Origin: an uncultured Candidatus Saccharibacteria bacterium | GTDB taxonomy: Bacteria; Patescibacteriota; Minisyncoccia; Phycocordibacterales; CALRHW01 | DNA length: 64,000 nt | Assembly (NCBI GenBank): GCA_964407105.1 | Contig: CAYOUG010000004.1 | Coordinates: 6,936-70,935, forward strand | Direction of reading: 5' to 3' | Shown here: piece after piece, positions 45,741 to 56,016 of the stretch | How positions within the stretch are numbered: position 1 is the first letter of the stretch | How the letters are laid out: each line of letters begins with the position of its first letter | Made by a program: the position numbers and the translations under genes | Notes under the pieces: generated by a model | The model's database searches: none | Seen by the model: the letters and a program-made list of their open reading frames with translations, nothing else | Told to the model about the DNA's origin: nothing

Positions 45741-46444
45741 GTTATCGTACTATTATCGTCATACCGACATACAACGAAAGAGAAAATATTGCTGTTCTGA
45801 TACCGCAAATTTTTGAATATTTACCGAATACAAGAATTTTTGTTGTAGACGATAATTCACCAGACAACACTGCAGAAATGGTATTTTCATTACAAAAACA
45901 ATATCCACTTGTTTCACTCACAAGTCGATCTGAAAAAAATGGCCTTGGTTCAGCATATATTCATTCGTTTAATTTACTTAAAAAGGAAACTGATATTGAC
46001 TGGGTTATTACAATGGATGCCGACGGCTCACATCATCCAAAATATATCGCTGATTTTATTAAAAAATTTGATGAGGCAGATTTGGTTATTGGTTCGAGAT
46101 ATACAAAAGGTGGGGGCATTAAAGATTGGGAGTGGCATAGATATTTACTTAGTTTTTTTGGTAATTTATACGTCAGAACTCTACTAAGATTACCCATTAA
46201 AGATATTACTGCTGGTTATAATTGTTATAAAAAATCAACCCTTGATGAACTAAATTTTGATTTAATCAGAGCAAATGGTTATGCCTTTCAAATCGATATG
46301 AAAACGCATTATTCAAAACAGGGTAAAAATATAGTAGAGGTACCAATTATTTTTACAGGAAGAGTTGGTGGAGAAAGTAAAATTAGTGGTTCTATTATTT
46401 TAGAGGGTCTAAAATACCCCTTTCGATGGTTATGGAAAAAATAA
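45737..46444 (+). CDS. GT2 polyprenyl-phosphate sugar synthase (Dpm1/GtrB-like)
   Basis: 235 aa. IIVIPTYNERENIAVLIPQIF...RIFVVDDNSPDNT...DADGSHHP matches dolichol-phosphate mannose synthase-type GT2. Start overlaps the upstream GT-C gene by 4 nt. Confidence 0.85.
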   Translation: MSYRTIIVIPTYNERENIAVLIPQIFEYLPNTRIFVVDDNSPDNTAEMVFSLQKQYPLVSLTSRSEKNGLGSAYIHSFNLLKKETDIDWVITMDADGSHHPKYIADFIKKFDEADLVIGSRYTKGGGIKDWEWHRYLLSFFGNLYVRTLLRLPIKDITAGYNCYKKSTLDELNFDLIRANGYAFQIDMKTHYSKQGKNIVEVPIIFTGRVGGESKISGSIILEGLKYPFRWLWKK

Positions 46445-47319
46445 TATGCCCTGTTTGTAAAAATGAATCTACGTCACATTTGTTTCAAAAAAATAAATTT
46501 TATGTAAATGTGTGCTCTAAATGTACGTTGGTATTTATTTCAAACCCACCCGCTGACACCGGTATAATTTACGACCAAAGCTATTTTTGGGGCGGATCTA
46601 AAAACGGCGGTTATGTAAACTACGAAGAAGAAAAACAAGCGATGCGTTCGGTTTTTGAAGACTATCTTACACGTATTAATAAATATACCGAGACTGGAAA
46701 CATGCTTGATGTTGGTGCGGCTACAGGCTTTTTTTTACGAGTTGCTAGAGATCGGGGGTGGAATGTTGCTGGTGTAGAAATATCACCACAAGCCTCTGCA
46801 GAAGCGCAAAACAAAGGAATAAAAATGCATACCGGTAGTCTTGAAACTTCTACTTTTCCAAATAGCTATTTTGATTGTATTACAATGTTTGATCTCATAG
46901 AACATGTTACAAACCCTCACGCGGTAATTAAAAAAACTAGTGAAATATTAAAAACAAACGGTTTACTTGTAATTAATACACCAAACATAGGAAGTTTATA
47001 TGCACGCGTACTTGGTAAACAGTGGCATTTGTTATGTCCACCAGAACACTTGATTTTATTTAATAAAAAAAGTATTGAAACACTCCTCACAACATACGGC
47101 TTTAAAATACTTTGGTTTGGTAATATCGGAAAAACATTTACCATTCAATATATTATTCATCAAGCAATTCACTGGATTCCAGCTTTAAAATACTTATTTA
47201 AATTAATACCTTTAGAAAAAACTTTTCTAGGAAAAATTTCTATTCCACTTAATCTTCATGATAATATGTTTTTGATCGCTCAAAAACAAACACTTCCACA
47301 CACGCAAGACGTTCTATAA
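46426..47319 (+). CDS. Class I SAM-dependent methyltransferase with N-terminal Cys4 zinc ribbon
   Basis: 297 aa. CPVCKNES...CSKCTLVF zinc ribbon, LDVGAATGFFLRVARDRGWNVAGVEISPQA (motif I), LKTNGLLVINTPN. Confidence 0.75.
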   Translation: MVMEKIICPVCKNESTSHLFQKNKFYVNVCSKCTLVFISNPPADTGIIYDQSYFWGGSKNGGYVNYEEEKQAMRSVFEDYLTRINKYTETGNMLDVGAATGFFLRVARDRGWNVAGVEISPQASAEAQNKGIKMHTGSLETSTFPNSYFDCITMFDLIEHVTNPHAVIKKTSEILKTNGLLVINTPNIGSLYARVLGKQWHLLCPPEHLILFNKKSIETLLTTYGFKILWFGNIGKTFTIQYIIHQAIHWIPALKYLFKLIPLEKTFLGKISIPLNLHDNMFLIAQKQTLPHTQDVL

Positions 47320-47950
47320 AAGGTATTTTACCAACGACATCATTTATAAAAAATGACACAAGTGGGATATATTTTGGGAAAAGTAATCTCCATTCTCGAC
47401 CAACAAGCTGAAGTCTCTGCTTTTTTGCAATATTAATCAAACTACCGGCCGATATTCTATAATGTGGACCCTCAGGCATTTTCATGTGCAATTTTTCAGC
47501 AACCATTAAAATACCCTCCCACAAAGGATTCGCCATCGAAATAACCACAATACCATTTTCATTCACCGATCGATATAAGCCGGCAAGAATTTTTTCTGGA
47601 TATTGTACGTGTTCTATAACATCAAAAAAAATAACCACATCAAACTGACCAACGTTTATATCAGCTATATCTCCCTTTATAAAATCAATATTTGGTTCAG
47701 TGTGTCTTTTTTTAGCAATTTCTATCATTTCACCAGAAATATCTACCCCCAGACGCTTGGGTACATTTAACGCCTTAAGAATGGTACCCGTACCACAACC
47801 AGCATCAAGTACACTTTTAGCACTCACCGTATAACTACGAGCTATATCTTGAAGATTTTTATAATAAAACCAATTTTTAGATTTCCAATAATCGTAATTT
47901 TTTGCAACCTCATCAAAATGTTCTTCTACTCTTCTTTGTTCCATAAACAT
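47249..47950 (-). CDS. Class I SAM-dependent methyltransferase (Methyltransf_11/UbiE-like)
   Basis: 233 aa. VLDAGCGTGTILKALNVPKRLGVDISGEMIEIAKKR, DVVIFFDVIEHVQYP. The 3' end overlaps the convergent gene 46426-47319 by 71 nt. Confidence 0.8.
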   Translation of the reverse strand: MFMEQRRVEEHFDEVAKNYDYWKSKNWFYYKNLQDIARSYTVSAKSVLDAGCGTGTILKALNVPKRLGVDISGEMIEIAKKRHTEPNIDFIKGDIADINVGQFDVVIFFDVIEHVQYPEKILAGLYRSVNENGIVVISMANPLWEGILMVAEKLHMKMPEGPHYRISAGSLINIAKKQRLQLVGREWRLLFPKYIPLVSFFINDVVGKIPFIERLACVEVFVFERSKTYYHED

Positions 47951-47952
47951 TT

Positions 47953-49308
47953 TTATTGAATAAATTTTATTTTTTTAGCAGCAAAAACACACATCTGTAA
48001 CAACAACCATCCGTGACGAAAACGTTGAATTTGAGTTGTACCATAAACCCTGTCTTTATATCTAATTGGCAAATCAACAATTTTTAAATTAAGTTTTGAC
48101 GCACCAAACAACAAATCAAAATCACCAAACGGATCGAAGTCGCCAAAATATTTTCTACCTTCTTTTACGTGTTCATAATTTTTACGCGTCAAAACTTTTG
48201 TACCACAAAGCGTATCTTTTATTTTTTGAGACAATAACCAAGAAAACATGCTAGCAAAAAATTTGTTACCCAGAATGTTTAAAAAACGCATAGCTTGCGC
48301 CTCCATTTCATATACAAGACGTGAACCGTTTACAAAATCAGCACGACCAGACACAATTGTATTGTAAAATTTTGGCAATTCTTCTGGAGGTACGGTCATA
48401 TCAGCATCCAAAATCATCAGTATGTCCATTGTAGCCATAGAAAAGCCCTTTCGAACCGCATCCCCCTTTCCCTTTCCTTCTTGTTGAGCAAATAATATTT
48501 TATGAGTTGAGGCGTGCAATTTTGCTACCCTCTGTATTTCTTCCCACGTTCCATCAGATGAATGTCCTTCTATAAAAATGAGTTCTGTTGCTACACCCAT
48601 GTTTGGTGTGCGTTTTACAATTGATTCAATATTTCCCTTCTCATTACGAGCAGGAACGATAACAGAAACACCCAGTTCTTTTCTTTCAGCTTTTGGTATT
48701 TGTCGTGCAACAATATATTGTGTTATACAAAAAAGAGAAAAAAATGGTAGTTGAGAAACATAACGATTAAGAAAATTTGAAATAAGTGGAATATAAATAG
48801 GACAAATCATTCTTTTGCCTTTTTTTACCACCTCCAAATCAGCAAGATACAACAAATTTTCAACATCACTCACTGAAAGCCAATTTTGCACCTGTTGTAT
48901 TTCTTTTAAACCAATTTTTTCTGCCAAAGAAAAAATTGGTTGCCAAAGATGGTTGTGAAATGTAATAACCAAACGACTCTCTTTATGCATCATTTGATGC
49001 ATATTTTTAAAAGATGTTTCTATATCATGAAGTGTGTTTATTACATCAACACACAAAACATAATCAAACAGATCTTTTAACGACGTCTTTTCTATATTAT
49101 CTTTAAAAAATTTTATTGACGGATAAGATTTCTTTGCTTTTGCAACAAAAGAGGCGTTTGAATCAATACCAACCTTATTTTGGGTTTGAAGTGTATATAA
49201 TAAATCACCGCTACCACACCCAACATCAAGCACAGATGCATGTGTTGGAACCAAAAATGATAAGAGTTTTATTTTATCAGTATGATAATAGTGGTGTAAT
49301 TTGAGCAT
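47953..49308 (-). CDS. Bifunctional fusion: N-terminal SAM methyltransferase plus C-terminal GT2 glycosyltransferase
   Basis: 451 aa. VLDVGCGSGDLLYTL (methyltransferase motif I) in the N-terminal 200 aa. VSVIVPARNEKGNIESIV...ILDADMTVPPEELPKF (GT2 DxD region) in the C-terminal half. Confidence 0.75.
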   Translation of the reverse strand: MLKLHHYYHTDKIKLLSFLVPTHASVLDVGCGSGDLLYTLQTQNKVGIDSNASFVAKAKKSYPSIKFFKDNIEKTSLKDLFDYVLCVDVINTLHDIETSFKNMHQMMHKESRLVITFHNHLWQPIFSLAEKIGLKEIQQVQNWLSVSDVENLLYLADLEVVKKGKRMICPIYIPLISNFLNRYVSQLPFFSLFCITQYIVARQIPKAERKELGVSVIVPARNEKGNIESIVKRTPNMGVATELIFIEGHSSDGTWEEIQRVAKLHASTHKILFAQQEGKGKGDAVRKGFSMATMDILMILDADMTVPPEELPKFYNTIVSGRADFVNGSRLVYEMEAQAMRFLNILGNKFFASMFSWLLSQKIKDTLCGTKVLTRKNYEHVKEGRKYFGDFDPFGDFDLLFGASKLNLKIVDLPIRYKDRVYGTTQIQRFRHGWLLLQMCVFAAKKIKFIQ

Positions 49309-49335
49309 TGTAATTTATTAATAAATGCTCAATTA

Positions 49336-50745
49336 CTATACACGATTTTCTCTTACCAACAAAGAACGAATAAATTTAAACGATTTTTTATCATACAAAG
49401 CAAACAGTGTATAAATAGCCATAGGAAAAAGAAATAGAGTAATTGGTACTCTATAGCGAGCCTGCGCCACCGGACCAGTAATTAATCCGAAATATAGTAT
49501 TGATAAAATAGAAAACGTAAAAACCAAAAAAAGTAAACGCGAATCACGTTTATACCAAACAAAAAAAGGAGCGAAAATGGCACACAAATTAACAATAATC
49601 CAAAATAAAAATCCAAACAAAAACAACAAACCATTTAGTGGATCTGAATATAAATATTTTATTACACCAGAAACATCACCCCGAAATAAAAGCAAACTAA
49701 TATTTGGTAATGGTTTTGTAGAAATTCGCAATTCTCTCAAAAGCAAACGATATCCATCAGAAAAGAAAAGTGTTGCAAAAGAAACCGCGTGCATTTTTGC
49801 ATATAAAATCGGATCTTTTCCTATTATCTCAAATGTTTTTTGGGTAAGATATTTACCATAAAAAACATTTTTCAAATCATCTTTTTGTTGTACTTCAGGA
49901 TTATCTTTTTTGGCCTGATCTATAAGCATTCTCTCAGCCTCGCTTGCAAGTATACCTTTTTTGTAAACCAGAAACTGCCCGGCATCATAAAAATATAATG
50001 TGTACGCACCCTTAGTGGTAAGACTAAAACTATTAAAATGAATATAATTTCTAAAAGACCAACCACCCACCACAGAATACAGAGCCAAAAAACAAACAAG
50101 TGTGTACACAAAAAAATTCTTTTTTTGTTTTATCCAGAAATAAACACCATATGTAATGAAAAAGAGTGGTAAAAAGTAAAGTGTAACTGGTCGTATGATT
50201 GTTGCAATACTTAGTAAAAATCCAGCAAATAAAACATATCTTAAATTAAAAACAAAAAAAGAACGAACGAAAAAATATAATCCAGAAATAAAAAAAACAA
50301 GAAACATTGCCTCCGAAAGAACTGTATTTGATGTATAAACATTCCATGGTTCAACAGCAAACAAAATTGTAGAAACAAAAGAAACACGTTCAGAAAATAA
50401 ATAACTAAGGGTGCGATAAAATAAAACTGTAACAAAAGAAAGTAATACAATCTGTATTAAAATTGATAAAAATGCAGTATTAAACGGTATAGCGGTAATA
50501 GCAAGATAAAATGGATAACCCGGAGTGTTTAGGGCGTCTGGAATAAAAGGTGCTTCTGTTGCATCAGAAAAAATTTGTTCATGAACAATATTTCCAGCCA
50601 AACGCATATATCCCCAAGAATCATCTGTAGAGAAAAAACCATGCGTACCAAACATCATGTATATGGGAATAAAAAGTAGAATTTTAACCACCAACGCAAT
50701 AGTAAAAATTCTTTTTTCAACCTTGCTTAACGACACAAATTTCAT
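49336..50745 (-). CDS. GT-C superfamily membrane glycosyltransferase (PMT_2/ArnT-like), paralog of 44316-45740
   Basis: 469 aa, about 11 TM. ...STDDSWGYMRLAGNIVHEQIFSDATEAPFIPDALNTPGYPFYLAITAIP mirrors the N-terminal loop of 44316-45740. Confidence 0.6.
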   Translation of the reverse strand: MKFVSLSKVEKRIFTIALVVKILLFIPIYMMFGTHGFFSTDDSWGYMRLAGNIVHEQIFSDATEAPFIPDALNTPGYPFYLAITAIPFNTAFLSILIQIVLLSFVTVLFYRTLSYLFSERVSFVSTILFAVEPWNVYTSNTVLSEAMFLVFFISGLYFFVRSFFVFNLRYVLFAGFLLSIATIIRPVTLYFLPLFFITYGVYFWIKQKKNFFVYTLVCFLALYSVVGGWSFRNYIHFNSFSLTTKGAYTLYFYDAGQFLVYKKGILASEAERMLIDQAKKDNPEVQQKDDLKNVFYGKYLTQKTFEIIGKDPILYAKMHAVSFATLFFSDGYRLLLRELRISTKPLPNISLLLFRGDVSGVIKYLYSDPLNGLLFLFGFLFWIIVNLCAIFAPFFVWYKRDSRLLFLVFTFSILSILYFGLITGPVAQARYRVPITLFLFPMAIYTLFALYDKKSFKFIRSLLVRENRV

Positions 50746-52094
50746 GTTTGTTTTTTAAAATATTTTATTACAGAACCGACAATAAGCTCATCGTTTTCAT
50801 CATACGAAACAAGATCGCGTGCCTTAATATGAAATTCTGGTAGTCGATTTTTAATCACACGATACCTTTCAAACACAAAAATAACTGGATTTAAAACATA
50901 TTCGATAGCAATACCAAAAACACCAAAAAATGATATTCCCAACGGCAAAAGCACAACTACAGAAATAAATTTAAGAATGTTGGAAAAAAACAAATTTTTC
51001 TGAGCTTTGAGAGCGTAAAAGATTGGAGTAAAAACACTTGCTATGCTAAGCGGTATTAACGCCGGAAGTAAAGCACGGAAAAGTGGTACGGCTTCTTCAT
51101 ACTTTGGAAACAAGAAAATAATAAGTTGTGGCAATATCGCATAAGACAGTGCCAAAACAATTAGAGAATTTATAATTTGGTATTTTAAAGTTTTTTCAAT
51201 CAAAGTATAAAACTTATCTCGATATGAAATATATTGTGGAATAATTGGTGTGATAATTGACGTTAGTGGAAACAGTGAAAGTGTGTGAGAAAATAAACCG
51301 GAAGCAAGAGCAAAAAGTGCAACCGTCTCTGTACCGAGAAACATTTTTATGATAAATACTCTAGCGTTTTGAGTAAGTGTACCAAGATATGTTGAGAAAA
51401 TCCCCCATTTTCCATGATGTTTTAAAAGATGCCAACATGATGTATAAGAATTTGTTGGTGCATAAGAAAACAATCTATAAACACCCAGAAAAACAGGCAA
51501 CATAATCGTTAGTGCAATAAATTGAGACAATACTGCGGAAAGAGCAACACCATGCATTCTAAAATCAAAAATATAAAGAAATAAAATTATACAAAAGAGA
51601 CGACTGGCTTCTTCGGTAATTGTATAAAGTGCTTGAGAAGAAAACTTAAAATACACAGCATATATTGTCATCATACTTGATCTAATTGGTGATGTTAGAA
51701 AAATGAAAGACATTATTTTAAATAAAATACTTATGTGTGTATTGTAATAATACGCCAACAAATTTGAACCAAAAAAAACACACAAAAAAGCGCAAAAACC
51801 CAAAATAACCTGAAGTGAAAAAAATTGTTTAAAAATAACATGCACCTGTTCTATATTTCCCTCGCCTCTTTTAACCCCCATATCTGCAACGACCGTATTT
51901 CCAAAACCCGGTAATAAAAAAATATTAAACAAGGCTACGCCTGTAAGTGTAAGTTCCACAACGCCATATTCATAAAGTGTAAGTTTGTGAAGTACTAAAA
52001 AAACACTACATAAACCTATAATTTTTAATACAAAAACACTTGAGATCGACCACACTGCACCATTTCTCACTGTGTGTACAAAAGTTTTAGACAT
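50742..52094 (-). CDS. Wzx-like oligosaccharide flippase (polysaccharide biosynthesis protein, MOP superfamily)
   Basis: 450 aa, 12-14 TM. N-terminus TVRNGAVWSISSVFVLKIIGLCSVFLVLHKLTLYEYGVVELTLTGVALFNIF is typical of Wzx/PST-family flippases. Confidence 0.72.
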   Translation of the reverse strand: MSKTFVHTVRNGAVWSISSVFVLKIIGLCSVFLVLHKLTLYEYGVVELTLTGVALFNIFLLPGFGNTVVADMGVKRGEGNIEQVHVIFKQFFSLQVILGFCAFLCVFFGSNLLAYYYNTHISILFKIMSFIFLTSPIRSSMMTIYAVYFKFSSQALYTITEEASRLFCIILFLYIFDFRMHGVALSAVLSQFIALTIMLPVFLGVYRLFSYAPTNSYTSCWHLLKHHGKWGIFSTYLGTLTQNARVFIIKMFLGTETVALFALASGLFSHTLSLFPLTSIITPIIPQYISYRDKFYTLIEKTLKYQIINSLIVLALSYAILPQLIIFLFPKYEEAVPLFRALLPALIPLSIASVFTPIFYALKAQKNLFFSNILKFISVVVLLPLGISFFGVFGIAIEYVLNPVIFVFERYRVIKNRLPEFHIKARDLVSYDENDELIVGSVIKYFKKQT

Positions 52095-53268
52095 TGTTGT
52101 TTTCTAAATTAGAAAAAATTCTTTGTGCACGCCTACTCCACGTATACATTTTAACGCGCTCAAATGCATTATAAGCTCTTTTTTCTGCTTCCTCAGTATT
52201 CTCAATAGCTTGCACAATAGTACCAGCAAGTGCTTGTGGGTTATCGGCAGTGCATAAAAAAGCACTAGTATCATCTATAATTTCAACAATTGAAGGAATA
52301 CGTGAAGCAATAATTGGACGGTTGCTGGCCATATATTCAAATAATTTCATCGGAGAAGTATAGAATGCAGAAATATTTTCTTTTGCGGTATTTGGTAACA
52401 CCACAGCATCTGCCGCTTTTTGCCAAATGGGTATTTCTGTATATGGTTTATGCCCAGCCATAAAAATATTAGAAATATGTCCATATTTATTAGTAAAAAC
52501 AAAAATATCTGATTCGGTTCCTCCCACAAAAACAACAAGGAAATTTGGTGACAATAATGCTGATGCTTGAGCGAGAACATCTACACCTTTCCACCCATAA
52601 AGATGTCCAGTATAAACTATTATTTTTTTATCCAAAGGTAAATGAAGCTTTTTTCTTGCCTCGTCTTTTGAAATATCAATATCAAAAGTCTTCAATTCAA
52701 CCGCATTTGGTTCATAAAAGGCTTTTTTCATATCATTACCCATCAATTCTTTTAAACGCTGTAATTTCCATTTATTATGGACAAGAATTGATCGAACTCG
52801 TGAAAATAACCATTTATGAAAATAAAGTGAACGTTCTGGAAAATCATGCATTTCATAACAAGTACGAGAAAATAAAAAAGAAGTAAAAAAAAGTGGAACA
52901 CTTTCGTTTGAATAGAAAATATCGTTACGTTTTCCAACAACACATAAATACCAAAAACAACTAAAAGCAAATGACACGAAACTCATTCTAAATGCAATTT
53001 TTTTAAAAAAGGTGTAAGAAAAAAGATCTACAACCGGTAAATAGACGAGTTTAAAATTTTTATCCACACCATAATATTTAAACGGATCTTCGTTTATTCG
53101 ACCCCTTCTATTTGGAACCACGAGCGTTACATTCTTGCCGTATTTAGCAAAAGATTCAGCACTTTTTGCTGCAAAAATGGCCGCCGCTTTTTCACTGGGA
53201 AATCGGCCATGAAATATTATAAATACGCTATCGGTAGTAGTCATACTATTCGGTACGAATACGAGCAT
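52087..53268 (-). CDS. GT4 family glycosyltransferase
   Basis: 393 aa. IVYTGHLYGWKGVDVLAQA...SPMKLFEYMASNRPIIAS matches the Glycos_transf_1 E..g...lEAma.G.PvIas signature. Confidence 0.75.
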   Translation of the reverse strand: MLVFVPNSMTTTDSVFIIFHGRFPSEKAAAIFAAKSAESFAKYGKNVTLVVPNRRGRINEDPFKYYGVDKNFKLVYLPVVDLFSYTFFKKIAFRMSFVSFAFSCFWYLCVVGKRNDIFYSNESVPLFFTSFLFSRTCYEMHDFPERSLYFHKWLFSRVRSILVHNKWKLQRLKELMGNDMKKAFYEPNAVELKTFDIDISKDEARKKLHLPLDKKIIVYTGHLYGWKGVDVLAQASALLSPNFLVVFVGGTESDIFVFTNKYGHISNIFMAGHKPYTEIPIWQKAADAVVLPNTAKENISAFYTSPMKLFEYMASNRPIIASRIPSIVEIIDDTSAFLCTADNPQALAGTIVQAIENTEEAEKRAYNAFERVKMYTWSRRAQRIFSNLENNNV

Positions 53269-53307
53269 TATCTCATAAAAATGATAAAAATCCTAACAGA
53301 AAATTTC

Positions 53308-53745
53308 TTATAAAATTGTTTCCGACACCGTTTTAAATATAAAAAATTTGTAAATAAAAAAACTTACTATCGCCAAAACACCACTAATCAAAATCTGTGA
53401 CAACATATAGTGTAAATAAAAATGATCTACGAGAATATAAAGAGCGATTGTATTAATAACAAGGTTTACGAGACCCAAACAAAAATGGAGAATCATTTGA
53501 ATATGAATATTGTGTCTTGACATATCACGAAACGTCCAAAATTTTTGAAGAACAAAACTAGCAAAAAAAGCGACCATATACGCAATAATGGCTGAAAAAA
53601 TATACCAAACATAAATATACTCAACCAAAATATGAAGAAGAAGTAAATCTAAAAAAGCAGCAGTTCCACCCGACACTAAAAAACGAAATACTTTTTTATA
53701 CTTATCACTATGATTGTCTAAATGTCGGTTGATAAAATTAATCAT
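53308..53745 (-). CDS. GtrA-family membrane protein
   Basis: 145 aa, 4 TM. FRFLVSGGTAAFLDLLLLHILVEYI...AYMVAFFASFVLQKFWTFRD matches the GtrA signature. Confidence 0.8.
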   Translation of the reverse strand: MINFINRHLDNHSDKYKKVFRFLVSGGTAAFLDLLLLHILVEYIYVWYIFSAIIAYMVAFFASFVLQKFWTFRDMSRHNIHIQMILHFCLGLVNLVINTIALYILVDHFYLHYMLSQILISGVLAIVSFFIYKFFIFKTVSETIL

Positions 53746-53748
53746 ATT

Positions 53749-54786
53749 TTAAGATTGTGGCTTGTATCTAGATAAGGTTTCATTATTAAATACTTCTTTA
53801 ATAAAAGCTGGCATGAATAAATATTTTTCAAATATAATTCTAGCTTTTTTTTGTCGATCTTCATATTCATTAGATGACCAATTTTTATATAGGTTAACAA
53901 TAGTATCTGTTATCGATCGGATATTTTTATAATCAATGCGAATTATAATATCATCATAAGGAATTTTATCTTCAAGCGGCAATACCATATCAGTATCAAC
54001 AAGGATCGGTATTCTGCTCATAGAAAGAGTTTCATAAAATCTAAGTGAGTAGTTGCCATCCCCTTTTGGCGCAAGAGTAAAATCATTTTCTTGCATATTG
54101 TGTATATATTCTTTACGAGCCAAAACCGGATCAAGAGTAATGCTTTTTTTGTTGCCAGAGTACGACGACCGAGTAATAAAATTAGATTTTATTCTATGAT
54201 CACCAGACAAAATCCTCATAGCTTCCCTACGAAAATACAAACCATCTTTCAAAGGACCTCGTTTTAATATTGTGTTTTTATATAAAAAACGTAAGTGATG
54301 CTGAAAATTTTCAAAATCAGCCTTACCCACAAAACCCACAGAAGGCGTAGCGGTTTTTTCTTTTAATGATATTCCGTACAACACACCAAGATCTTCCACA
54401 AAGGCCGGCATAATAATTTCGTTTAAAGCTAAGGTTTTTTTGTATTGAGAGGGTCTAAAAATGATTGTGTTTGGAATATCTATTTTTTCTGCACCATCTT
54501 GATAAGCGAAAAGTAAAAGAGTTTTCGAGTATTTTTTTGATAGATCAACACACCTCTCTAAATACGATGGCTCTCTTTTAAGTCGTGCGTACATATGAGG
54601 AATTAAAAAATAATCTGCATCTGTGGGGTTATCTACGATAGTAAAAATATCTTTATAAGAAGTGGGGTCAATATTCTGAAAAAGATTGTTGGTAACACGT
54701 TCACCAAAAACAAAATCCAAAATAGGAATCCACGAAACATTTGGTAACAATGGGGTGCAGTAAACCTTAAGAATGTTTTTTTGCAT
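53749..54786 (-). CDS. Exostosin-like (GT47-type) putative glycosyltransferase
   Basis: 345 aa. FTLAPKGDGNYSLRFYETLSMSRIPILVDTDMVLP resembles the exostosin C-terminal motif (f.l.prG.g..s.Rl.Eal..GcIPVi). Tentative. Confidence 0.45.
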   Translation of the reverse strand: MQKNILKVYCTPLLPNVSWIPILDFVFGERVTNNLFQNIDPTSYKDIFTIVDNPTDADYFLIPHMYARLKREPSYLERCVDLSKKYSKTLLLFAYQDGAEKIDIPNTIIFRPSQYKKTLALNEIIMPAFVEDLGVLYGISLKEKTATPSVGFVGKADFENFQHHLRFLYKNTILKRGPLKDGLYFRREAMRILSGDHRIKSNFITRSSYSGNKKSITLDPVLARKEYIHNMQENDFTLAPKGDGNYSLRFYETLSMSRIPILVDTDMVLPLEDKIPYDDIIIRIDYKNIRSITDTIVNLYKNWSSNEYEDRQKKARIIFEKYLFMPAFIKEVFNNETLSRYKPQS

Positions 54787-55405
54787 AAAAAGTATATCCT
54801 AGTGGGTAGCGATCGATTATCTTCGGCCTTAATTTCAAAAATAATTTGTTCAGAAAAAAATAAGGAATAAACAATATTGGTCTAAAAAAGTTTGGAACAG
54901 AAAGCATGAGATTGTTGTAATTTACATAAAAAGCACTGCTACCCACTGTTTGTATTTTTATATTATCAAAACCGGCCTCAGAAAAAATCTTATAAAGAGT
55001 TTCACTAGTATATCTAAAGTAGTCATGTGGATCTGGATGATAATTTATCATGAATGGCACGAAGCCAATTAGCACACCAGATGGTTTTAATATTCTATTT
55101 ATTTCTCCCAATAAAAATCGATAGTTAAAAATATGCTCGAGAACGTTACATAAAACAACCGTGTCTATTGAATTATCAAAAAATGGCAGTGGATCTTTCT
55201 CAAAATCTATAGGCATAATAGATCCATCTACCGGAGTTATAAGAGAAACTTTCTTAGTATCAAAATATGAAAAATAATCCGGTTTACGACCCCCACCAAC
55301 ATCTACAACGTGTCCAAAAAGTTCAAATTTTTTAAAAGAAAAATTCATTAAAACACGCGCCAAACTTTGTCCCAATATTATTTTTTTAATAATTTCTAAA
55401 AACAT
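54767..55405 (-). CDS. Class I SAM-dependent methyltransferase
   Basis: 212 aa. GHVVDVGGGRKPDYF...VVLCNVLEHIFNYRFLLGEINRILKPSGVLI. Confidence 0.7.
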   Translation of the reverse strand: MFLEIIKKIILGQSLARVLMNFSFKKFELFGHVVDVGGGRKPDYFSYFDTKKVSLITPVDGSIMPIDFEKDPLPFFDNSIDTVVLCNVLEHIFNYRFLLGEINRILKPSGVLIGFVPFMINYHPDPHDYFRYTSETLYKIFSEAGFDNIKIQTVGSSAFYVNYNNLMLSVPNFFRPILFIPYFFLNKLFLKLRPKIIDRYPLGYTFYAKKHS

Positions 55406-56016
55406 TTTTTTTCAAGCACAAAAAAATGATGATACTGATTTTCAAAAGGAATAAAATGCTTTTTAACTAACATTTGTTTTGATAATTTTTCTAAAATTAA
55501 TGATAATTTATAACCACTCTTACCAACTTCCCAATAATGCTGACCGTTAAAAATATGTTTTTTATAAAATGGTATTTTAAATGCAAAACGTATTTCTGAT
55601 AAAAAAGGAATTTTGATACTAAACTTTATTGGTGGACCGAAATGTGGAATACTAATAATTACATGTTTTTTTGATACTCTTTTCATTTCTTCAATACATT
55701 TTTCAAGTTTTTCAAAAGGAAGATGTTCAAGTACTTCAAATGCACACACCACATCGAAGGAATTTTCCGGAACAGGAATAGATTCAACCGAACCAAGTAT
55801 GTCTGGGTGTAAATCATCAGCAATATCAATATTTTTATAATCTATAGAGGTATTGTTTTGTATATATTGTTTTATTACCCCATCCCCAACACCAACCTCA
55901 AGAATAGAGGATGGGCTACACTCTGTGAGGGTGTGAAGTTGATAATAATAACTAGCCCAGCGATCTGGGTAACAGTATTTTTCAAATTTATAATGTTCTT
56001 TATCTACTTGTTTCAT
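55396..56016 (-). CDS. Class I SAM-dependent methyltransferase
   Basis: 206 aa. ILEVGVGDGVIKQYI...DVVCAFEVLEHLPFEKLEKCIEEMKRVSKKHVIISIP. Confidence 0.7.
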   Translation of the reverse strand: MKQVDKEHYKFEKYCYPDRWASYYYQLHTLTECSPSSILEVGVGDGVIKQYIQNNTSIDYKNIDIADDLHPDILGSVESIPVPENSFDVVCAFEVLEHLPFEKLEKCIEEMKRVSKKHVIISIPHFGPPIKFSIKIPFLSEIRFAFKIPFYKKHIFNGQHYWEVGKSGYKLSLILEKLSKQMLVKKHFIPFENQYHHFFVLEKKCF

